Assembly: GCA_001513335.1 (NCBI GenBank)
Contig: LFTO01000005.1
Location: 1 to 47,510 of the forward strand
Source of the DNA: Clostridiales bacterium DTU086
Lineage (GTDB): Bacteria; Bacillota; DTU086
Length of the DNA stretch: 47,510 nt
Direction of reading: 5' to 3'
Below the pieces are notes generated by a model that saw only the letters and a program-made list of their open reading frames with translations, did no database searches and had not been told where the DNA came from. The position numbers and the translations under genes were made by a program. Each line of letters opens with the position of its first letter. Within the stretch, counting starts at the first letter, position 1. This document shows positions 41,201 through 47,510 of this stretch, one piece after another.

Positions 41201-41799
41201 TCACCAAAAAATTCAATACGTACAGGCTGGCTGGCTGTTATCCCAAACACGTCCATTATCCCGCCCCGTACTGCCATCTGCCCCGGAATTTCCACCACTT
41301 CAACACGTTCGTAACCTAACCTTATCAACCTGCTGATAAGGTCCTCACGGCTGATTTCCTGCCCTTTTTTCAGTGTAACATATAGCTTTTTGAATTCCTC
41401 AGGGGCAGGAAGCATCCGGGACAGGGCTTCAATAGTTGTAACCACACACTGTGCCTTTCCATGAAGAATCTTATCCATTATTTCAACCCGTTGGGATACA
41501 ACTTCCCTGCTCTGGGCGTAGGTTTCCATAGGAACAATTTCCCGAACGGGGAAATAATCCACCCTGTTGGGAGGGAAAAAAACAGACATGTCATGGAGAA
41601 CAGCCCTGGCCTTTTCCTCTTTAGAAGTAATTACCAGAAGAGGAGAACGGGTAAAGAAGCCCAGGGCACTCATAACAAAATGCTTTTGCGCTCTATCTGC
41701 ACCGTAAATTCCTAAAGACAGGTAAATATCTATTTTATTGATAATGTCCTTAAATCGATTCTCATTTTTTATGAATTCAAACAACCCAGGGTGGCGCAA
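38245..41799 (-). CDS. mfd: Transcription-repair coupling factor
   Basis: UvrB-like N-terminus, CarD/RID (VVHVQHGIG), GDVGYGKT, DEEQRFG and QLRGRVGR; probable TTG start at 41799. Confidence 0.98.
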   Translation of the reverse strand: MRHPGLFEFIKNENRFKDIINKIDIYLSLGIYGADRAQKHFVMSALGFFTRSPLLVITSKEEKARAVLHDMSVFFPPNRVDYFPVREIVPMETYAQSREVVSQRVEIMDKILHGKAQCVVTTIEALSRMLPAPEEFKKLYVTLKKGQEISREDLISRLIRLGYERVEVVEIPGQMAVRGGIMDVFGITASQPVRIEFFGDEIETFRIFNPNTQRSLESIDEVTLLPAVEFSLAPGEPGWAEGKALIEKDWTLAFKDLDESKVQTIGQNLRDKYDQVIKEMESGIVSYHLEQYLPYFVKGKNTLLNYYHQEPFIIVDEPLHVREEAESREEELKEVFRELLEQGKILPRQEEILVKYDLIREDAAERKKAGFSLLPGGSRDFSAVAPVSVSGRDLPQFQGKFPMFVAQVKDWQRQKYSVIIMTSSKDRGLRLKEGLWDNKIEAVVLPEILSAPVEGQVIITYGKPLSGFEFPAAKLVLVSDSELFGRSKLRRPRKQYDQGLRISDFSEIKPGDYVVHVQHGIGKYLGVINLDVQGVRKDYLHIQYFGQDKVYVPTDNVNLISKYVGAEGHKPKLHRLGTGEWVKTKKKVRESVKELAKDLLNLYAARETIEGFAFNRDTPWQAEFEEAFPFNETKDQIKAITEVKSDMEKSKPMDRLLVGDVGYGKTEVAMRGAFKAVMDNKQVAVLVPTTVLAQQHLRTFKDRFRGVPAKIEVLSRLKTPGEQKKIIAALEQGKVDIIIGTHRLLSKDVRFKDLGLLIIDEEQRFGVAHKERLKQLRQNIDVLTLTATPIPRTLHMALAGARDMSIINTPPENRYPVQTYVVEYSKELVVEAIRRELDRGGQVFYVYNLVSGLERRVSRLQKHLPQARIAIAHGQMPEKQLDKVMVEFIEGEIDILVCTTIIENGLDIGNVNTLIVENADRFGLSQLYQLRGRVGRSNRIAYAYFTYDKRKVLGETAEKRLNAIREFTEFGSGFKLAMRDLEIRGAGNLLGAEQHGHMLDVGFDLYCQLLEDAVRLLKGEPRKEAPEQQDVEIELNISAYVADSYIEEPALKLDVYHQLRDIDNEDELKEFEIELEDRFGQIPREVQNLFLIVQMRLLARRVGIDSIKEFRQEVRISFDKETAVKGNILMTLAKDFPRQLSFSSVGGLVIKLSKGNLSGSELGKRIIEILCRFEELAGARDYLI

Positions 41800-42058
41800 T
41801 AGGGTTACCTCCAAAATTTAAAACATAAATTATTTGGCAAAGTCGGCTTTAGCCCACCATTTTGTGCCTGAAATAAAGGAGCCCGGGTATCCTTAAGTTA
41901 CTCAAAAGTTTTTTCAGGCAGCAAAACAACGGGCGCTTTCCACAATAAGTATACCAACAGGCACCTGGAGAGGAAGAGCACGTCGCCGGCACTTCAGCCG
42001 GGAACCTGTCCCTGCTCCCTGCAGGTGCAGCGCCAGGAAAACAAAAACTATCGCTTTT

Positions 42059-42451
42059 TTAATTGCGTAAATATATGCCGGTAATCACACGGTTCCAAAT
42101 ACTGTGCACTACCGCAGCAGCGCCAATCCCCAGCAGCAAACTGCCAGTTACTTTGTATATTACAACGGTTATCAGGCCCCAAAAGCCATGGGTGACAAAA
42201 CTCGACAGCCCTCCCACCACCCCTTTAATGCTTTTAGCCCCTAGAATTTCATAACCTGCTTCGATGGCTCCAAAAACTGCGTGGGTACTTATAAGGGAGG
42301 CCCCAAGGGCGGCAGCAGAGAAAGACTTTATCGCTTCCTCAACAATAGGTATGAAAGTTACTATCCCTTTATTACCTGCTTGGCCAATAATTAACTGGTT
42401 AATAACGTATGCAGTTGCTGCTGCCAATACTCCTGCTGCAAGGGAAGTCAT
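42059..42451 (-). CDS. Small PrsW/CPBP-like intramembrane protein
   Basis: PIVEEAIK (EExxK), FGAIE (FxxxE), THG and HSIWN (HxxxN); hydrophobic. Confidence 0.6.
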   Translation of the reverse strand: MTSLAAGVLAAATAYVINQLIIGQAGNKGIVTFIPIVEEAIKSFSAAALGASLISTHAVFGAIEAGYEILGAKSIKGVVGGLSSFVTHGFWGLITVVIYKVTGSLLLGIGAAAVVHSIWNRVITGIYLRN

Positions 42452-42455
42452 GGTT

Positions 42456-43064
42456 TCACTCCAATTTTGCGGGGTTTGAGCCGGGGAGGACAGCAACCGT
42501 TGTTCTATTGTACCTGTTCATGGCTTCCTGTACTCCCTGTACAACCAGGGTCAGCACAGCATCCCTGGCCACAGGCAGGACTTTCTTAAATACATCCCAC
42601 TCACTGTCGTCAAAAACAGACAGGACATAGTCTGGCGTATCCATCCCCTCAGGGGGCCTTCCAACTCCAATTTTTACACGGCAGAAATTATTCGCACCCA
42701 GCTCATTTAATACTGACAAAACCCCTTTATGGCCCCCATGGCCCCCTGAGGCCCTTATACGCAGACGTCCAAGGTCCAAATCCACATCGTCATGGATGAT
42801 AATTATTTCCTCCGGACAGCTCCCATAAGCTGCGGCCAGCTCCGCAACAGCAAGACCGCTGCGGTTCATATAGCACTGGGGTTTTGCCAGAATCAGCTTT
42901 TCACCCCGGTACCTGCCAGTGGCAATGAGACTCTTCCCAAATTCTGTAGAAATATTTCCGCAGCCAATGCTGTCCCCTATCAGATCAAGGACGAGAAAAC
43001 CAGCATTATGCCTTGTAGTCTCATACTGGGGCCCGGGGTTGCCCAGACCAATAATCAGCTTCAT
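42456..43064 (-). CDS. pth: Peptidyl-tRNA hydrolase
   Basis: ATG 43064; GLGNPG, TRHNAGF, KPQCYMN, HDDVD and GGHKG. Confidence 0.96.
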   Translation of the reverse strand: MKLIIGLGNPGPQYETTRHNAGFLVLDLIGDSIGCGNISTEFGKSLIATGRYRGEKLILAKPQCYMNRSGLAVAELAAAYGSCPEEIIIIHDDVDLDLGRLRIRASGGHGGHKGVLSVLNELGANNFCRVKIGVGRPPEGMDTPDYVLSVFDDSEWDVFKKVLPVARDAVLTLVVQGVQEAMNRYNRTTVAVLPGSNPAKLE

Positions 43065-43326
43065 TCCAGTTCCCCCCTGAACAAGTTTCGACAACAGTAT
43101 GGAAGCAGTAAACGTCAAGTTTTTTCACGGCACTCCGGTTCTCCAAAGGCCGAGACGCCCATAGCGACCCCCTGCCCCTCCGGATGAGTTGTGAGAGACA
43201 GCAAACTTTTGTCCGGCAGTTTGTTTGGGAAAGCCCGTATGTATCATGAAACGGGACTTCTTGCGCTCCTTGACCGCCGTTAAGGCCGCGGGAGTGAAAG
43301 GAATAATTTCCTTAAGTAAACTATAA

Positions 43327-43349
43327 GAGGTGTTCCAGCGGAACACCTC
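43327..43349 (-). terminator. Terminator after rplY
   Basis: GAGGTGTTCC-(3 nt)-GGAACACCTC. Confidence 0.75.
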
Positions 43350-43356
43350 CCAGTAA

Positions 43357-44013
43357 TTATTCTTCGCCTTCCTCGCCACCCCTAGCAGGTTCTGCAGGCT
43401 CAGCAGATCCGGCTTCTGCTTCGCCCTCACCTTCAACCTCTGCAGGTTCTTCTTCAGCTTGAGCGGCAACGATTGAAACGATTACTTCTTCTGGATCTGT
43501 TAGAATTTCCACATCGTCTCCCGTTTTCAGGTCTCCTACTGTGATACTTTCACCAAAGTCCAGTTGAGACACATCTACTTCAATGGATTCCGGGATATCC
43601 GTAGGGAGACACCTTACCTGGACTTCTCTCAACAGGTGCTGTAATACCCCGCCGCCCTGTATTCCGGGGGCTTCACTTTCCCCTACAATATGCAGGGGCA
43701 CCATGGCATCCAGTTTTTCTTTAAGGGAAATTCTTTGCAAATCAGCATGCAGGTATTCTCTGCCTACCGGGGAAGTTTGCACTTCTTTTATTAAAATCAC
43801 ATACTCTTTTGAGTCCACTTTCAGTTTAATCAGAGCATTGGGTCCGCCTTCCCTCAGAACTCTGTCCAGGTCACTGGTTTTTACAGTCAAGGGAATTGAA
43901 TCTATTTCTGAACCATACAGAACGCAAGGCAGTAAGCCTTTTCTGCGGAGCTTAGATGCATGCCCTTTGCCCGTCTCTTCTCTGATTTGGGCTTCCAATT
44001 CTAAAGCTTCCAT
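43357..44013 (-). CDS. rplY: 50S ribosomal protein L25/Ctc
   Basis: LRRKGLLPCVLYG, HADL, GGVL, P..IPE, acidic tail; prs-ctc-pth synteny. Confidence 0.95.
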   Translation of the reverse strand: MEALELEAQIREETGKGHASKLRRKGLLPCVLYGSEIDSIPLTVKTSDLDRVLREGGPNALIKLKVDSKEYVILIKEVQTSPVGREYLHADLQRISLKEKLDAMVPLHIVGESEAPGIQGGGVLQHLLREVQVRCLPTDIPESIEVDVSQLDFGESITVGDLKTGDDVEILTDPEEVIVSIVAAQAEEEPAEVEGEGEAEAGSAEPAEPARGGEEGEE

Positions 44014-44122
44014 TTTGTCAAACACTCCTTTTTTTCCTTCATCTTGAGTATATCCCTAATTCTAGCATAATAAACTTTCAATGTGAATAATATCTTGTAT
44101 GATAGCACGGAGGTGAAACACT

Positions 44123-44839
44123 ATGTTAGAAAAGAGTAAAACACTTTTATCCATGCGAATCATCAGCCTCGAAGAAGGCCAGCAAATAGGTAGAGTACGT
44201 GGTATCGTTGTAGACCCGGAAAGCTTCTCCATTGCCGCTTTAGTAACCGATAAACAGGGATGGTTTGGCGATTATAAAGTGGTACCTTTCAGTAAAGTAA
44301 TGAGCATCGGTGACCATGCCATCACCATTGACAAGAAAAGCAGCATTGAAAAACCATCAAATCTCCCTGAAATTGCACGCCTGATGAAGGGAAAACAACC
44401 CCTGTTAGGTGCCAAAGTTTTTTCCGAGTCAGGTACACTGCTGGGTATTGTGGATGAGCTCCTGTACAATAAGGAAACAGGAGTTATCGACAGCCTGGAA
44501 ATATCCGGACGTTTCCTTGAGAGCGTTTTCCGCGGAAGAATCTCCATCCCTGCATCTGCCGTAAAAATTTTCGGGCGGGATGCCATTATCGTGGACAACA
44601 ATTACAAAAGAAACATGCGCTCTATTGATAGTCCCGCAAAAACAAAATTAGATACAGTCAGGTCCTCCGGGAAAAAGCTGTTTGGATCCACAAAAAAAGC
44701 AACCAAAAAATTAAGCAAATCCCTGACAGACTCCATTGATGAGTTCACAGAAAATAAAGAGCAAAAAAAAGAAAACGAAAAACCTGAAGTCAATGCAGAT
44801 GAAAACCAAAAGTCTGACAACGGCAAATCAATTGAATAA
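44123..44839 (+). CDS. Tandem PRC-barrel protein (YrrD/YlmC-like)
   Basis: Two repeats of I.S.E.G..IG.V..I / V.SE.G..LG.V.EL with IG..AI.I; GGAGGTG RBS. Confidence 0.8.
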   Translation: MLEKSKTLLSMRIISLEEGQQIGRVRGIVVDPESFSIAALVTDKQGWFGDYKVVPFSKVMSIGDHAITIDKKSSIEKPSNLPEIARLMKGKQPLLGAKVFSESGTLLGIVDELLYNKETGVIDSLEISGRFLESVFRGRISIPASAVKIFGRDAIIVDNNYKRNMRSIDSPAKTKLDTVRSSGKKLFGSTKKATKKLSKSLTDSIDEFTENKEQKKENEKPEVNADENQKSDNGKSIE

Positions 44840-45775
44840 TTCGCTTACGGAAGCATCCTGATGGACGCGCACAATAGCTTCACCCAGCAGTGGAGCAACT
44901 GACAGCACTTTAATCTTGTCTATCTGCTTTTCCTCCGGCAGAGGAATGGTATTAGTAACCACAACTTCTTTCAGACATGACTCGTTGATCCGCTCAATAG
45001 CCGGTCCGGACAGCACCGGGTGCGTACAGCAGGCGTAGACCTCTTTCGCCCCTCGGTTCATCAATGCCTCTGCTCCCAGGGTAATAGTACCTGCTGTGTC
45101 AATGAGGTCATCTGTCATAATTACGGTTTTGCCTTCCACATCGCCGATAAGGTTCATTATTTTGGCCACATTTGGAGCAGGTCTCCTTTTTTCCAAAATG
45201 GCTATCTCTGCTCCCAGATATTCTGCCAAATCCCTGGTACGGGAAACACCGCCTACGTCGGGAGATACCAGGACAACGTCGGTAAAACCTTTTTGTTTGT
45301 AGTACTCACCTAAAATCGGCACACCCAGCAGGTGATCCACGGGAATATCGAAAAATCCCTGAATGGCACCTGCATGGAGGTCCATTGTCATAACCCTCCT
45401 GGCACCGGCAGTTGTAATCAGGTTGGCAACCAATTTGGCGGAAATCGGGTCACGGGCTCTGGTTTTTCGTTCCTGCCGGGCATAACCGTAATAAGGAACA
45501 ACCGCAGTAATTCTCCTTGCAGAAGCCCTTCTTAAAGCATCAATCATAATCAGCAGTTCCATAAGATTTTCGTTAACGGGATAGCATGTAGGCTGGATCA
45601 CATATGCATCACAACCACGTACGCTTTCCGAAATAGTAAGACTTATTTCGCCATCGCTGAACCTGTCCACCTTGGACTTGCCCATTGGAATGCCGATAAT
45701 GCCGGCAATTTCTTCGGCTAATTCAGGATGCGCGTTTCCGGAAAAAATTTTCAGGTTCCCTTTGGAAAAACTCAC
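44828..45775 (-). CDS. prs: Ribose-phosphate pyrophosphokinase
   Basis: [24 protein letters not shown] and DDLIDTAGT. Confidence 0.98.
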   Translation of the reverse strand: MSFSKGNLKIFSGNAHPELAEEIAGIIGIPMGKSKVDRFSDGEISLTISESVRGCDAYVIQPTCYPVNENLMELLIMIDALRRASARRITAVVPYYGYARQERKTRARDPISAKLVANLITTAGARRVMTMDLHAGAIQGFFDIPVDHLLGVPILGEYYKQKGFTDVVLVSPDVGGVSRTRDLAEYLGAEIAILEKRRPAPNVAKIMNLIGDVEGKTVIMTDDLIDTAGTITLGAEALMNRGAKEVYACCTHPVLSGPAIERINESCLKEVVVTNTIPLPEEKQIDKIKVLSVAPLLGEAIVRVHQDASVSELFN

Positions 45776-45872
45776 TTTATCCCCTCCCCATCAGCCAGAA
45801 ACGAAATCTCTCTAAACCCTTAACTGTGGTTCTCTCTTTATTGTTTTATTCCTTTCAAAAAGCGACAAATGG

Positions 45873-47246
45873 CTACTTTTTTTTCTTGCCTTTTTTTGCA
45901 ACCCATCCTTCTTTTGTTGTCTGGCGTTCCCTGGCAATAGCCAGGGCACCTTCAGGAACATTCTCGGTAATTGTAGAACCGGCAGCTATATATGCATCTT
46001 TACCGATCTCTAAAGGAGCAACCAGGTTGGAGTTGCTGCCCACAAAAACATTATCGGAAATAATCGTCTTGTGTTTTTTCTCCCCGTCATAATTACAGGT
46101 TATGGTCCCTGCGCCCACGTTAACCCCTACGCCAACTTCCGAATCACCCAGGTATGTCAGGTGGGGCACCTTGCTTCCTGTCCCAATTGTAGATTTCTTT
46201 ATCTCTACAAAATCACCGATTTTGACATTGTCCCTTAAATCGCTGCCGGGACGCACATAGGCAAAAGGCCCTATTTTACACCCCTGCCCAAATTTGCTCT
46301 CTATAAGAACAGAATACTGGACAATACAGTTGTTACCCAATACGCAATCCTCTAGGCGGCTGCTGGGCCCTATCAGGCAATGACTGCCAATTATACTGTT
46401 ACCTTGAATAATTGTATGGGGAAGAATCACCGTATCCTGTCCAATTTTCACATCTGCATCTATATAAGTTGTGGCAGGGTCAATTAAACTAACACCGGAA
46501 AGCATCAACTCTCTGTTCTTACGACTGCGGAAAATTTCTTCTACTTCGGCAAGCTGTACACGGTCGTTAATCCCCTGAACCTCTTTGGTATCCTCAGCCT
46601 TGAAGGCTGAGACTTTTTTGCCCTGGCGGAAAAAGACGCTGATTACATCGGTAAGGTAGTACTCTCCCTGGGCGTTATCAGGAGTCAGCTTGTCAAGAGC
46701 TGCAAACAAACTAGTTTTCTGAAAAATATAGGTGCCGGAGTTGATTTCCTTAATCAGGAGTTCTTCAGGAGAAGCATCTTTGTGCTCTACTATTTTTTCA
46801 ACATCGCCGGCATCGTTACGGAGGATTCTCCCGTATCCCCAGGGATTATCCATTTCTGCAGTTAAAATAGTCGCTTCCGCTCCGGTTTTTTCGTGGTACT
46901 CAATTAGGTTTTTTAGGGTTGAAGCAGTCAATAAAGGTGTATCACCGCACAGGACCAGAACCCTCTCAACACCTTTCCCAACTGCTTCCCTGGCTTGGAA
47001 AACTGCATGGCCTGTTCCCAGCTGCTGCTCCTGAACAACATAATTCAATTCCGGCAGGCTTTCCAGCAGTGTCTCCCTTCCATGACCAATAACAACAATC
47101 TGTTCCTCAACCCCTGCTTTTCTGGCAGCATCCATAACATGCAGCAGCATTGGTTTGCCACCAACCTTATGCAGGACCTTGGGATGCACCGAACGCATCC
47201 TTTTACCCTGTCCTGCCGCAAGAATTACTGCGCTCACCTGACTCAT
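45873..47246 (-). CDS. glmU: Bifunctional GlmU
   Basis: ILAAGQGKRM, QLGTGHA, EYYLTD, hexapeptide repeats and NYDG. Confidence 0.98.
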   Translation of the reverse strand: MSQVSAVILAAGQGKRMRSVHPKVLHKVGGKPMLLHVMDAARKAGVEEQIVVIGHGRETLLESLPELNYVVQEQQLGTGHAVFQAREAVGKGVERVLVLCGDTPLLTASTLKNLIEYHEKTGAEATILTAEMDNPWGYGRILRNDAGDVEKIVEHKDASPEELLIKEINSGTYIFQKTSLFAALDKLTPDNAQGEYYLTDVISVFFRQGKKVSAFKAEDTKEVQGINDRVQLAEVEEIFRSRKNRELMLSGVSLIDPATTYIDADVKIGQDTVILPHTIIQGNSIIGSHCLIGPSSRLEDCVLGNNCIVQYSVLIESKFGQGCKIGPFAYVRPGSDLRDNVKIGDFVEIKKSTIGTGSKVPHLTYLGDSEVGVGVNVGAGTITCNYDGEKKHKTIISDNVFVGSNSNLVAPLEIGKDAYIAAGSTITENVPEGALAIARERQTTKEGWVAKKGKKKK

Positions 47247-47262
47247 AAAAGACCTCCCCCAT

Positions 47263-47510
47263 TCACGTTACACTACCCAACAATACCTGCTCCACAAGGT
47301 CCAAGTCACTGGGTTTATCTACATCCATGCCAATTTCCGGATAGATGCATTTTACAGCCACGCCCTTAAAGCCCAGCAGCTGGGAAAACTTCTCCTCTGC
47401 TTCTCGAATAGTAAGACGCCGCAAAAGGAACTTGAGGATAAATCCCGGCCCGATTGTCTTACACAGTCCAACAGGGTCTTTCCTCAGGCTTATCAACTCA
47501 TCAGCAAGAT
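47263..47510 (-). CDS. C-terminal part of a MobA-like nucleotidyltransferase-family protein (truncated by window)
   Basis: Frame open to the window edge; YPEIGMDVDKPSDL motif. Confidence 0.65.
   Translation of the reverse strand, partial: LADELISLRKDPVGLCKTIGPGFILKFLLRRLTIREAEEKFSQLLGFKGVAVKCIYPEIGMDVDKPSDLDLVEQVLLGSVT

Noticed and set aside
42720-42750. Pth GGHKG instead of GGHNG as inactivation
   Set aside because: Other catalytic residues are intact, and basic residues at this position are a variant I have seen in other Pth proteins
43125-43469. 114-aa ORF overlapping the rplY end
   Set aside because: Out-of-frame overlap, crosses the rplY terminator, no motifs

Overview
Core chromosomal segment of a spore-forming, Clostridia-class Firmicute; Peptococcaceae-like is inferred from gene content. 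It corresponds to the origin-proximal glmU-prs-rplY-pth-mfd-spoVT-yabN-hup-yabO-yabPQ-divIC-yabR-tRNAs-spoIIE-tilS-ftsH...folPBK-pan-birA-coaX-dusB-greA-lysS region, and almost all genes are on the minus strand. No prophage, transposase or CRISPR-cas was seen. Beyond housekeeping genes, five things stand out. (1) A modular, dispersed intergenic repeat family occurs at four loci, with compensatory base changes, G-U polarity on the + strand and CAGGA(C/T)G hairpin loops. (2) An uncharacterised three-gene operon encodes an HTH regulator, an acyl-ACP-reductase-like enzyme and an apparent catalytically degenerate paralogue. (3) A DnaA-box cluster lies just downstream of a sigma-H-like promoter driving a small HTH gene coupled to divIC. 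(4) A stand-alone formiminotransferase C-subdomain gene precedes folPBK. (5) A PLP enzyme/YgeY-like hydrolase pair sits next to ald. All calls are from motif recognition by eye, without database searches; several starts were adjusted to RBS-supported codons.
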